From positions 448,001 through 512,000 of the forward strand of contig OZ242010.1 in the NCBI GenBank assembly GCA_965204745.1: a DNA stretch of 64,000 bases, in the 5' to 3' direction. The notes under the pieces are model-generated. The model worked only from the letters and a program-made list of their open reading frames with translations, was not told the origin of the DNA and did not search any database. The position numbers and the translations under genes are program-made. Shown one piece after another: positions 39,933 through 49,225 of this stretch. This stretch comes from Candidatus Latescibacterota bacterium. GTDB lineage: Bacteria > Latescibacterota > UBA2968. Numbering within the stretch: position 1 is the stretch's first letter; the number at the start of each line of letters is the position of its first letter.

Positions 39933-40943
39933 ATGACCGTTCCCGTTTTGACTTTCTTCAACAACAAGAGCGGCGTTGGCAAAACTTCGCTGGTCTATCA
40001 TCTGGCTTGGATGCTGTCCGACATGGGGTATCGGGTGCTCGCCTGCGACTTGGATCCGCAGGCGAATCTCACCGCTGCATTTTTAGATGAAGATCGGCGG
40101 GAACAGCTTTGGGATGAGGGCGCGACTACAACGAGAAAAACCATCGTGCAATGCGTTCAACCCCTGATGAAAGTCGGCGACATCAAATCCCCAACGCTTG
40201 CGAAAATCACGCCTACCCTGCGCTTGCTCCCCGGAGATTTGGCCCTGGCCGGATTTGAAGATATCCTATCGACGGAATGGCCCAACGCATTGGGTTCTCG
40301 CGATCTGTACCGGCCATTCCGCATCTTAACCGCGTTTTCAACCGCCATGCAGGATGGCGCGAAACAGATGAAAGCTTCGATTATTCTGGCCGATGTGGGC
40401 CCCAATCTCGGCGCCATCAACCGCTCGGCATTGATAGCGACCGATTACATCATCGTTCCGTTGGGCGCAGACCTGTTTTCCCTTCAGGGCCTGCGGAACC
40501 TCGGCCCAACCCTGAATCGGTGGCGACGGGATTGGAAGCAGCGAAAGGACAACTGGACACAACCGGAATTTTCCCTGCCAAATGGAGAGATGAAACCCAT
40601 CGGCTATGTGGTGCAACAGCACGGCGTGCGCTTGAACCGGCCGGTTAAGGCGTATGACAAATGGGTGAATCGGATGCCGGAAGAATACGCCCGGAACCTG
40701 CTCGGGGACGACGAAGGCCCTTATCCGCCAACGCCGGCTCAAGATGCAGAACACGCCTTTGCCACTGTCAAGCACTATCGCAGCCTAGTGCCCATGGCGC
40801 AAGAATCGCGCAAGCCCATCTTTCACCTCACCACAGCCGACGGCGCGATTGGCAGTCACGCCGCCGCCGCCATTGATGCGCGTGCGGATTTCAAGGATTT
40901 GGCAACCAAGATCGTCGGCAAGATGGATAAGTTGGCGGGATGA
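39933..40943 (+). CDS. ParA/AAA_31 family ATPase
   Basis: [10 protein letters not shown] deviant Walker [21 protein letters not shown]. Confidence 0.85.
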   Translation: MTVPVLTFFNNKSGVGKTSLVYHLAWMLSDMGYRVLACDLDPQANLTAAFLDEDRREQLWDEGATTTRKTIVQCVQPLMKVGDIKSPTLAKITPTLRLLPGDLALAGFEDILSTEWPNALGSRDLYRPFRILTAFSTAMQDGAKQMKASIILADVGPNLGAINRSALIATDYIIVPLGADLFSLQGLRNLGPTLNRWRRDWKQRKDNWTQPEFSLPNGEMKPIGYVVQQHGVRLNRPVKAYDKWVNRMPEEYARNLLGDDEGPYPPTPAQDAEHAFATVKHYRSLVPMAQESRKPIFHLTTADGAIGSHAAAAIDARADFKDLATKIVGKMDKLAG

Positions 40944-40983
40944 AAGCGTGACGTGTAGGGACAGCCTCAAGTCGAGATCCACG

Positions 40984-41262
40984 ATGATTCAATCCTTTGC
41001 AAATCGAGATACAGAGGAACTGTTCTACACCGAAGAGAGCCGCTGTTTTGCCGCCATATCGCGCGTCGCTTTGCGAAAGTTGATCCAGATGAATCAGGCG
41101 CGCATGCTCGGCGATCTCGCCATCCCGCCGGGCAACCGCTTAGAAGCTCTCAAGGGCAACCTCTCGGGATTTCATTCCATTCGGATCAACGACCAATGGC
41201 GTATCGTCTTCCGGTGGACGGATTCCGGACCCGCGCAAGTCGCTATTGTTGACTATCATTGA
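40984..41262 (+). CDS. higB: HigB-type (RelE/ParE) toxin
   Basis: MIQSFA...[11 protein letters not shown]...[14 protein letters not shown]. Confidence 0.9.
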   Translation: MIQSFANRDTEELFYTEESRCFAAISRVALRKLIQMNQARMLGDLAIPPGNRLEALKGNLSGFHSIRINDQWRIVFRWTDSGPAQVAIVDYH

Positions 41263-41281
41263 CCGCTTCACAGGTGCAATC

Positions 41282-41599
41282 ATGAATACGCCCATCACAC
41301 CCGGCGAGATTCTCGTGGAGGAGTACCTCGAGCCAATGGGGATTTCGCAAACCGATATGGCAGGTGCTATCGGTGTCTCGCCGCGGGTCATCGATGAAAT
41401 CGTCCACGCCCGGCGCGCGATCACGCCCGCTATGTCGATCCGCTTTGGGGCCTTCTTCGGGCAGTCCGACGCGTTTTGGCACGGGCTTCAGGTCGAGTGC
41501 GATTTTCGCAAATTGGCCGGCGAAAAACACCGACTGACCGCAGACATCCGCCCAGCGTCAACCCTAAGCCGCGCATCTCGATTGCAGGTGGCGAGATGA
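41282..41599 (+). CDS. higA: HigA antitoxin (HTH)
   Basis: [18 protein letters not shown]...FWHGLQ. Confidence 0.9.
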   Translation: MNTPITPGEILVEEYLEPMGISQTDMAGAIGVSPRVIDEIVHARRAITPAMSIRFGAFFGQSDAFWHGLQVECDFRKLAGEKHRLTADIRPASTLSRASRLQVAR

Positions 41600-42015
41600 A
41601 TGAGGGGTTGCAATCCATGACTTGGGTTTCGCATCCCTTGCGCGACGAGCCGGTGGTGAAATCGGCTGCGCTCGTGGTCATTATTTTAGGCGTCTCGCTG
41701 ATCGTGGGGGTGAGTTTTCAAAGTGGTGCGTTCGCGTTTGTCGCGCTCGCGTTGCTCGTGGTTGCGATGGCCCGGTATTTTTTTTCAACCCGCTATGTTC
41801 TCGACGAGACGGGCGTCGTTATTTCGCACTTGGGCGTGAGTCGTCATTATGCGTGGACGAATTTTCACCGCGTTGCACGCCATCCCAACGGCGTCTTCTT
41901 GAGCGCGTTTGCCAAGCCGCATCGCCTCGACACCTTTCGCGGGCAATTCCTGCGCGCAAAAAATCCCAGTGAGATTTACCATGTGGCCCAACGATACATC
42001 ACTCGCCCGGCTTAA
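41596..42015 (+). CDS. Hypothetical membrane protein
   Basis: Two TM helices; ATGA overlap with higA. Confidence 0.6.
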   Translation: MNEGLQSMTWVSHPLRDEPVVKSAALVVIILGVSLIVGVSFQSGAFAFVALALLVVAMARYFFSTRYVLDETGVVISHLGVSRHYAWTNFHRVARHPNGVFLSAFAKPHRLDTFRGQFLRAKNPSEIYHVAQRYITRPA

Positions 42016-42331
42016 AAAGTACTGCGCGCATGCCTTTGCGGTCTCCCCGCCCGAAAGTGCCATCGGCGAAGACGACGAGGCCCTCGCGGAAAAAGTCGCG
42101 GCCTTTATCGTGGGGCGCAAACTCACGGCACCGGCCATTATGGCGCTTGAAACCGGGCGGCCCTTGAACTACATTGGCAGTCAGCTCTTGACTTTTTTGT
42201 CGCCCTTTGTCTCTATCATCTTTTCCACAACAGCGGAATTTGACCGCTTCACGCGCTTTCTCGAAAAGCGGGAAAGCATCCCCTGTCTCATTCGCCACAT
42301 CGAAATTTTGGAAAACAAACGCCATGGATAA
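41981..42331 (+). CDS. Hypothetical protein
   Basis: Co-oriented ORF overlapping both neighbours (PAIMALETGRPLNYIGSQ). Confidence 0.6.
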   Translation: MWPNDTSLARLKKYCAHAFAVSPPESAIGEDDEALAEKVAAFIVGRKLTAPAIMALETGRPLNYIGSQLLTFLSPFVSIIFSTTAEFDRFTRFLEKRESIPCLIRHIEILENKRHG

Positions 42332-44105
42332 ACTCGACATCGTCATCGCCACGGATTGCGGCAGCACCACGACCAAAGCCATTTTGATCGAAAAGAAAGA
42401 CGGGGTTTATCGCCAGACCTATCGCGGCGAAGCCCCCACGACGGTTGAAGCGCCTTACGAAGACGTCACGCGCGGGGTGCTCAACGCGATCCAAGAAGTG
42501 GAAGAACTCTCGGGCAGGCAGATTCTCGACGGCGAAACCATCATCGCCCCGGCGCATGGAAATCGCGGCGTGGATAGCTACATTTCCACGAGCAGCGCGG
42601 GGGGCGGCTTGCAGATGATGGTCGCAGGCGTCATTCAGGCCATGACCGGCGAAAGCGCGCAGCGGTGCGCGCTCGGTGCAGGCGCGATAGTGATGGACGT
42701 GCTCGCGTCGAATGACGGGCGGCAACCCCACGAAAAAATCGAGCGCATTCGCCAGTTGCGCCCAGACATGGTGCTCTTGTCCGGCGGCACGGACGGGGGC
42801 ACGATCTCGCACGTTGTGGAACTCGCCGAATTTATCGCCGCCGCGGATCCCAAACCCCGGTTTGGATCCGGGTACCAACTGCCCGTCATTTACGCGGGCA
42901 ATCGGGATGCGGCCTCTGAAATCGAACGCACTTTGGGCCAAAAAACCGCGCTGACTATCGCGGAAAACATCCGCCCCACCCTCGAAGCGGAGAACCTAGG
43001 GCCCGCGCGCCATGTGATCCACGATCTCTTTCTCGAACACGTCATGGCACAAGCGCCGGGGTATCGCAAGCTCATCGCCATGACAGACGCGCCCATCATG
43101 CCCACGCCCGGCGCGGTTGGCCTGATGATGCAAACCGCGTCCAAACGGCAGAATATCGATGTTGTGGGCGTGGATATCGGCGGCGCGACCACCGACGTGT
43201 TCAGCGTTTTTGACGGGATTTTCAACCGCACGGTCTCGGCTAATTTGGGCATGTCGTACAGCGTGTCCAACGTGCTCGCCGAAGCCGGCCTCGATGCTGT
43301 GATGCGCTGGTTGCCCTTTTCGTTGGACGAGGCCGATTTGCGCGACCGCATCAAAAACAAAATGATCCGCCCGACCACGATTCCGCACCTGCTCGAGGAA
43401 CTGCAAGTCGAACAGGCCATTGCCCGCGAGGCCCTGCGCTTGGCCTTTGTCCAGCACCGCGCACTGGCCGTGGGCCTCAAAGGCGTGCAAGCCGAGCGCA
43501 CCCTGTCCGACGTATTCGACCAATCGGCAGGCGGGGAAAGCCTCATCAAAATGCGCGACCTCGATCTCCTCATCGGCAGCGGCGGGGTCTTGTCGCACGC
43601 GCCGCGCCGCGTGCAAACCGCCGCCATGCTCATCGACGCGTTTCAGCCCGAGGGCATCACGCGCCTGGCCGTCGACAGCATTTTCATGATGCCGCACTTG
43701 GGCGTGCTCTCATCCGTGGATGAACGCGCTGCCACGCAGGTTTTTGAACGCGATTGCCTCATTTACCTCGGCACCTGCATCGCGCCTATCGGGCAGGGCA
43801 AACTCGGCGCGGCCTGTGCCCAATACGAAATCGACTTGCCCAGCGGCGCGCAATCCGGCGCGCTCACCACGGGCGACCTGCTGCACCTCCCACTCGAAGC
43901 GGACGAGGAAGCGCGCCTCACCCTGCGGCCCGAACGCCACATAGATGCAGGCGCAGGGCAGGGCAGAGAACTGACCGCCACGGTCAAAGGCGGCGCGGCC
44001 GGGCTGATATTAGACGGCCGCGGACGCCCCCTGGTCTTTGCCGAAGACCGCACCCAACGCACGGCCCAACTCCGCCGATGGAGCGAGGGTCTCGACCTTT
44101 ATTAA
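42324..44105 (+). CDS. GlmL/MutL (glutamate mutase L)-like ASKHA ATPase
   Basis: TDCGSTTTK, TSSAGGGL, GGTDGG, MPTPGAV, DIGGATTDVFS, RTVSANLGMS. Confidence 0.85.
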   Translation: MDKLDIVIATDCGSTTTKAILIEKKDGVYRQTYRGEAPTTVEAPYEDVTRGVLNAIQEVEELSGRQILDGETIIAPAHGNRGVDSYISTSSAGGGLQMMVAGVIQAMTGESAQRCALGAGAIVMDVLASNDGRQPHEKIERIRQLRPDMVLLSGGTDGGTISHVVELAEFIAAADPKPRFGSGYQLPVIYAGNRDAASEIERTLGQKTALTIAENIRPTLEAENLGPARHVIHDLFLEHVMAQAPGYRKLIAMTDAPIMPTPGAVGLMMQTASKRQNIDVVGVDIGGATTDVFSVFDGIFNRTVSANLGMSYSVSNVLAEAGLDAVMRWLPFSLDEADLRDRIKNKMIRPTTIPHLLEELQVEQAIAREALRLAFVQHRALAVGLKGVQAERTLSDVFDQSAGGESLIKMRDLDLLIGSGGVLSHAPRRVQTAAMLIDAFQPEGITRLAVDSIFMMPHLGVLSSVDERAATQVFERDCLIYLGTCIAPIGQGKLGAACAQYEIDLPSGAQSGALTTGDLLHLPLEADEEARLTLRPERHIDAGAGQGRELTATVKGGAAGLILDGRGRPLVFAEDRTQRTAQLRRWSEGLDLY

Positions 44106-44243
44106 GAGGCGAGAGGTGAGAGGCGAGAGGTGAGAGGCGAGAGGTGAGAGGCGAGAGGTGAGAGGCGAGAGGTGAGAGGCGAGACCGCCCCGCCACCGGC
44201 CAAGCGGTCAGTAGTCAGTAGTCAGTCCCCACCCATCGCCGCT
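44105..44243 (+). repeat. (AGAGGYG)x11 tandem array + GC linker + (TCAGTAG)n + CCCCACCCA
   Basis: Tandem 7-mers at 44105..44184; an inverted copy lies at 45361..45475. Confidence 0.9.
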
Positions 44244-44299
44244 CAAAGGCGGGTCGCAGATCATGCAGAGGGCGCAGATGTAGTGCTCGTCCAAAGATA

Positions 44300-44434
44300 C
44301 AAGATGCCATTGAACACTTGGCGCACATCAACAGAGGGGTATCAGTTTCGCCATTTGCGTTTCGGCAACAAAGGGACGAGCAATTGCCATTGCGCTTGTG
44401 GGAGATCCGTCGGATATTGCTTGGGCGTAGGCAT
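44300..44434 (-). pseudogene. IS5-family (DUF4096-type) transposase N-terminal remnant
   Basis: MPTPKQYPTDLPQAQWQLLVPLLP..*..VDVRQVFNGILY with an internal stop. Confidence 0.6.
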
Positions 44435-44496
44435 CGTTGTTCTTTCGTTTATCGGATCGCCCCTTAGAACTTGGCTTAAAACAAACGATGGATGCC

Positions 44497-44622
44497 CCCT
44501 CTCCCGTCTCCCCTCTTGCCTTTTTAGGCGAGCACCAGGGCATCGCCCCTACACACTGATCGCCTTTGAACGGGCTATCGCCAGTTGTACCCCGCTCGTT
44601 GCTAAAATCCCATCTCACCTCT
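44497..44622 (-). repeat. Inverted composite repeat (hairpin module + GTAG REP-like unit)
   Basis: Reverse complement reads GGGATTTTAGCAACGAGCGGGGTACAACTGGCGATAGCCCGTTCAAAGG...GTGTAGGGGCGATGCCCC. Confidence 0.85.
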
Positions 44623-44635
44623 GAAAGGCGTATCC

Positions 44636-45256
44636 TTGGAATACCTCACCGAACTCTGGAACGCTTTTTTGGCCTATTTGAATGATCAACCGCCCGGGTG
44701 GATCTATTTTTTTTTGTTTTTAGGTGCGTTTTTGGAGAACATCGTGCCCCCTATTCCGGGCGATACCCTCATTGTGTTTGGCGCGTATTTGGCCGGGATT
44801 GGCGTGATTGCGGTTTGGCCTGCTTATTTTGCTATGTGGATCGGCAGCGCGGTGGGTTGCTTGCTCGTGTACAGCGTGGCTCTTGTAAAGGGGCGGGCGT
44901 TCTTTTTCAAGTTAAACTTCGTGAATGAAAAGACCCTGCACCGCGCCGAAACGTGGTTCAATCGCTATGGCGACAAAATCGTCATTTTCAACCGGTTCTT
45001 GCCCGCCGTGCGGATATTCGTCGGCATTGTGGCGGGCATCACCCGCATGCACCCCCTCCGCATGACGCTCTACGTATTGTTAGGCACATTGCTGTGGAAC
45101 AGCCTGCTCGTTTACTTCGGCCTGATGGTGGGGGAAAACTGGCAACTCGTAGTCGCCGTGCTCAAAACGTACAACCGCATACTGGCAGTTGTCATGGTCG
45201 TCGCCCTGCTCGGCTTCTGGTGGTGGCGCAGGAAGAATCGGCGAATAGACGAATAG
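44636..45256 (+). CDS. DedA family membrane protein
   Basis: ENIVPPIPGD, RFLPAVR, AGITRM. Confidence 0.9.
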   Translation: MEYLTELWNAFLAYLNDQPPGWIYFFLFLGAFLENIVPPIPGDTLIVFGAYLAGIGVIAVWPAYFAMWIGSAVGCLLVYSVALVKGRAFFFKLNFVNEKTLHRAETWFNRYGDKIVIFNRFLPAVRIFVGIVAGITRMHPLRMTLYVLLGTLLWNSLLVYFGLMVGENWQLVVAVLKTYNRILAVVMVVALLGFWWWRRKNRRIDE

Positions 45257-45360
45257 CCCCGCGTCCAAAAAAGTCACTGGATTACTCGTTGCGCTTGCGC
45301 GTGCGTCAAAATGACGAGACTAATCGCTTGGGGCATGGAGACTGGTAGCATACACACGAC

Positions 45361-45515
45361 AGCGCGGTTGGGTGGGGACTGACTACTGACTACTGACTAC
45401 TTGGGCGGCGGCGGGGCGGTCTCACCTCTCCCGTCTCCCGTCTCCCGTCTCACCTCTCCCGTCTCACCTCTCACCGAAGGGGGTTGGGCGGGGTGGGCAT
45501 CGCCCCTACACACTG
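45361..45515 (-). repeat. Inverted copy of the 44105 composite repeat plus a REP-like unit
   Basis: TGGGTGGGGACTGACTACTGACTACTGAC...GGCGGGGCGGTCTCACCTCTCCCGTCTC. Confidence 0.85.
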
Positions 45516-45603
45516 CTCACCTCTGACTTTCCCCTTCCTTTATTTGATATTTGGACTTATTATTTTTGTCACGGCATTTTGAACGCTTATCCGGTGCGAG
45601 AAA

Positions 45604-46689
45604 ATGAAAAAAAAGATCCGCGTGGGGGTGTTGTTCGGCGGGAAGTCCGCAGAGCACGAAGTGTCCTTGCAGTCTGCGCGCAATATCATAGACGCCATCG
45701 ACAAGACCAAGTACGAGGTGGTGCCGATTGGGATCGACAAATTGGGGCGGTGGTTTTTGAACGACGCCGAACACCTCTTGCCCGAATCCACGACCGAGGG
45801 CCTGTCCGATGCCGATCAAAACGCGCTGGTCACGTTGATGCCCGAAGGCCGCGGCGAACTGGTGGGGCATTCCGCGTCCGCTGCGGTGGATGTGGTGTTT
45901 CCCGTGTTGCACGGGCCACTGGGCGAGGATGGGACAGTGCAGGGATTTTTGCGGTTGGCCGATGTGCCCTATGTGGGCCCCAATGTGCTCGGCTCGGCTG
46001 TGGGGATGGACAAAGACGTGATGAAACGCCTGTTGCACGACGCTGGCATTCCCACGGCAGCATGGCGCACCGTGCATCGGTTTGAGTTGGACGCCCTGAA
46101 TTTGGACGACGTCATTTCAGAGTTGGGACTGCCCCTGTTCGTCAAGCCCGCGAATATGGGGTCTTCGGTCGGGGTGAGCAAAGCGCGCGACAAAGCAGCC
46201 TTGCGCCCGGCATTGAAGGACGCATTTCGCTACGACAACAAGGTGCTGATCGAGGCTTTTGTGCAAGGCCGGGAAATCGAGTGCTCGGTGTTGGGCAATG
46301 AAACGCCCATCGTCTCTGTGCCCGGCGAGGTGTTGCCGCAACACGAGTTTTATTCTTACGAGGCGAAATATTTGGATGAAAAAGGCGCGGTATTGCACAT
46401 TCCCGCAGAGTTGTCCGCAGAGGCTGTGGCGCGGGTGCAAGCCCTCGCCATTCGCACCTTTCAAGTGCTGTGCTGCGAGGGGATGGCGCGCGTGGATTTC
46501 TTCTTTCAACCGGACGGCGCGTTTATGGTGAATGAGATCAACACCATTCCCGGTTTTACGCGGATCAGCATGTATCCCAAGTTGTGGGAGGCCAGCGGGA
46601 TTTCCTACGCCGAACTGATTGATCGCCTCATTCAACTGGGCATTGAACGCCATGACCGCGACCGCGCACTCAAGACGTCGTTTTTTTAA
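45604..46689 (+). CDS. ddl: D-alanine--D-alanine ligase
   Basis: FGGKSAEHEVS, LHGPLGEDG, KPANMGSSVG, NEINTIPGFT. Confidence 0.96.
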   Translation: MKKKIRVGVLFGGKSAEHEVSLQSARNIIDAIDKTKYEVVPIGIDKLGRWFLNDAEHLLPESTTEGLSDADQNALVTLMPEGRGELVGHSASAAVDVVFPVLHGPLGEDGTVQGFLRLADVPYVGPNVLGSAVGMDKDVMKRLLHDAGIPTAAWRTVHRFELDALNLDDVISELGLPLFVKPANMGSSVGVSKARDKAALRPALKDAFRYDNKVLIEAFVQGREIECSVLGNETPIVSVPGEVLPQHEFYSYEAKYLDEKGAVLHIPAELSAEAVARVQALAIRTFQVLCCEGMARVDFFFQPDGAFMVNEINTIPGFTRISMYPKLWEASGISYAELIDRLIQLGIERHDRDRALKTSFF

Positions 46690-46702
46690 TCGCGCTTTGA
46701 GG

Positions 46703-46731
46703 TTGCCAAAACCCCTCCGTTTTTATATCTT
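46703..46731 (+). promoter_or_regulatory. Sigma70-type promoter for tRNA-Thr
   Basis: TTGCCA-17 bp-TATCTT, 10 bp upstream of the tRNA; same -10 as the ndk promoter. Confidence 0.5.
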
Positions 46732-46741
46732 CCCACCACGC

Positions 46742-46817
46742 GCCGCCCTAGCTCAGTTGGGAGAGCACCTGATTTGTAATCAGGCGGTCAGCGGTTCGAG
46801 TCCGCTGGGCGGCTCCA
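46742..46817 (+). tRNA. tRNA-Thr (TGT)
   Basis: 76-nt cloverleaf; anticodon arm CCTGA-TTTGTAA-TCAGG, GTTCGA T-loop, encoded CCA. Confidence 0.96.
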
Positions 46818-46842
46818 ATCTCGCGCTGACACGGGTCAGCAA

Positions 46843-46883
46843 AAACAACGGGCTACGACAATCAGTCGTAGCCCGCTTTGTTT
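46843..46883. terminator. Intrinsic terminator between convergent tRNA-Thr and wecB
   Basis: CGGGCTACGAC-5 nt-GTCGTAGCCCG stem with A-rich and T-rich flanks. Confidence 0.7.
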
Positions 46884-46964
46884 GAATCACACCGAACGAT
46901 CTTGGACAAAAATGCCACAGGCGATATAGTATGCACGGCCTGGTATGGGAGTTTGGCGTGCGGT

Positions 46965-48089
46965 TCAAGGCGAAGGGGAATCGGCACAATCTGTCGATGC
47001 ACGCAACAATGCGACGATGCGCTCTGCGGCTTTCCCGTCCCACAAGTCGGGTAAGCGACCGGATTTGTAATGGCCGTTCAAGATGGATTCGGCCTCTGCA
47101 ACAATGCGTTCGGGGCGAACACCCACCAATGTGTTCGTCCCGATTTTTATGGTCTCGGGGCGTTCTGTATTTTCTCTGAGGGTCATGCACGGTACGCCCA
47201 AAGCCGTCGTTTCCTCTTGCACACCCCCGGAATCGGTCATCACGAATTTCGCGTTTTTCTGGAGTTTTAGGGAATCGAGATAGCCCACGGGATCGATGAG
47301 TTTGAGGTTGGCCTCATGCTCGACAGATGGCAAAAAGCCAAATTGGGAGAGGCGGTTGCGCGTTCTCGGATGCAAGGGCCAAGCGATGGCGTACTTGTTC
47401 TGGATGGTTTGCAACGCGGATAAAATGCCCCACAGCGTGTCTCGGCAATCCACATTGGACGGCCGATGGAGCGTGAGAAAAACGTATTCCCCAACCGATA
47501 AATCGTGCGCGTCCAAGATGCGCGATTCATCGGCTTTGCCCGCCAACGAGAACAGGGTGTCGATCATCACATTGCCCACAAAATGGATGCGGCTGTCGTC
47601 GATGTTCTCGCGCCTCAAATTGTCACACGCCTGCGTTGAGGGCGCGAACAACAGGTCGGATATGGCATCGACCATCAACCGATTGATCTCCTCGGGCATT
47701 GACCTGTCCCCACTTCGCAACCCCGCCTCGATGTGCGCGACCGGGATTTGCAATTTCGCGGCGTCTATCGCGCAGGCGAGGGTGGAATTGACATCGCCGA
47801 CCACGACCACCCAATCCGGCCTTTCCGCCGACAAAACCTCCTCAAATTCCATCATGATTTGCGCGGTCTGATGCGCGTGACCACCCGATCCCGCCTGCAA
47901 GTGATAATGCGGTTCGGGAAGTTGTAAGTCCGCAAAGAAAATTTCCGACATCCGATCGTCGTAATGCTGCCCGGTATGCACCAAAATCGGCTCGAACACA
48001 TCGGGCTGTTTCACCATCTGACGCCATACCGGAGCGACTTTCATAAAATTCGGCCGCGCCCCCGCAACCAAAATCATTTTCATCGACAT
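46965..48089 (-). CDS. wecB: UDP-N-acetylglucosamine 2-epimerase (non-hydrolysing)
   Basis: GARPNFMK, HTGQHYD, HIEAGLRS, TDSGGVQEE, RENTERPET. Confidence 0.94.
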   Translation of the reverse strand: MSMKMILVAGARPNFMKVAPVWRQMVKQPDVFEPILVHTGQHYDDRMSEIFFADLQLPEPHYHLQAGSGGHAHQTAQIMMEFEEVLSAERPDWVVVVGDVNSTLACAIDAAKLQIPVAHIEAGLRSGDRSMPEEINRLMVDAISDLLFAPSTQACDNLRRENIDDSRIHFVGNVMIDTLFSLAGKADESRILDAHDLSVGEYVFLTLHRPSNVDCRDTLWGILSALQTIQNKYAIAWPLHPRTRNRLSQFGFLPSVEHEANLKLIDPVGYLDSLKLQKNAKFVMTDSGGVQEETTALGVPCMTLRENTERPETIKIGTNTLVGVRPERIVAEAESILNGHYKSGRLPDLWDGKAAERIVALLRASTDCADSPSP

Positions 48090-48184
48090 GCTCCTTTACA
48101 CAGATCCAAAAGAATCAAAATCATGTATTGCCTATACGGAGAACAGGAAGCATATTGATTAATCGCGCCTCAGAGGAGATTGGA

Positions 48185-49225
48185 ATGGCAAGACGCAAGC
48201 CCTATACAAGAGTCGCTAAAACAAATCAAATTCGGGCAGATCATGTCCGGAAGATGGGCGACATCGTTTTCAAAGGCTTCCAATGTTTGAATAGTGCATG
48301 CAGGGAATTTATCTTTATCCGCCAAGATGAGATTGGCGAGGATTTCGAACTGGTCTGTCCGAGTTGTGAGACTGTTATGCGATCAGGTGACGAAACCCAA
48401 TTTTATGAGTACAAATTGATAGACCAGAGATACAATTCCATTACTGAAGAAGGCAGATTTACCATTCTGCACGATGACTATATCGAGGAGGCGCAAGAGT
48501 ACAAGTATTGTATCATTTGCAATACGATTAAACCGCTTCATCTATTTGATCGACACCGCTCTCGAAGATCGGGCCGCCAAGGCGAGTGCAGACTGTGCAA
48601 AGCGGGTTACAACGCGATTAAGAATAAGACTCGGTTGACAGACCAACATCGAGAAGCAGCACAGAAGCGACGAATGTATTTAGACCTGGCTGCAAGTTCA
48701 AGAATCAACAGCGAAGAAGTCTATAAACGCTTTGGCTATCGTTGTTTTAAGTGCAAGAGAGACCTACGGAAAGTGGAGGCCAAAGAACGACCACTCGATC
48801 ATACGCTTCCCGCTGTCTTTTTGTGGCCCCTGACAACTGAAAATGCGACGTTGCTCTGTCGAGAACACAATGGAGAAAAATCGGGCAGATGGCCCTCAGC
48901 ATATTACTCGGGTGAGGAGTTAAGCGAGCTCGCTGTCCTGACAGGTGTTCGGTACGAGACGCTCATTGGACCGGTTCATTACAATCCCGAAGCGATTGAA
49001 CGCCTTAAAAATCCTGAACACGTCGATCGCCTTTTAGCAAAATACGCGGCCTATATGCCGGAAATTATCAAGTTACGCAATCGGATTTTAGAGCATGAAA
49101 ATTTTGACTTTTTCGAGTATTCAACAACCATTTCGCCTGCTTGGATTCGCCAAGCCGATGAGTATCAGCGAGTACTCAATCACAAGGCGATCTCTAATAC
49201 AAAACCAAATACTGATGGGACGTAA
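48185..49225 (+). CDS. Zn-ribbon/HNH-type putative restriction endonuclease
   Basis: CPSC, CIIC, CRLC, CFKC...LDHTLP...NATLLCREHN; convergent with an MTase. Confidence 0.7.
   Translation: MARRKPYTRVAKTNQIRADHVRKMGDIVFKGFQCLNSACREFIFIRQDEIGEDFELVCPSCETVMRSGDETQFYEYKLIDQRYNSITEEGRFTILHDDYIEEAQEYKYCIICNTIKPLHLFDRHRSRRSGRQGECRLCKAGYNAIKNKTRLTDQHREAAQKRRMYLDLAASSRINSEEVYKRFGYRCFKCKRDLRKVEAKERPLDHTLPAVFLWPLTTENATLLCREHNGEKSGRWPSAYYSGEELSELAVLTGVRYETLIGPVHYNPEAIERLKNPEHVDRLLAKYAAYMPEIIKLRNRILEHENFDFFEYSTTISPAWIRQADEYQRVLNHKAISNTKPNTDGT

Noticed and set aside
44172-44624. 150-aa and 96-aa ORFs between glmL and dedA
   Set aside because: They consist of repeat modules and a transposase remnant.
46742-46817. 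tRNA-Thr as the attachment site of a genomic island
   Set aside because: No integrase and no duplicated tRNA 3' end were noticed in the window, and the next gene is wecB.
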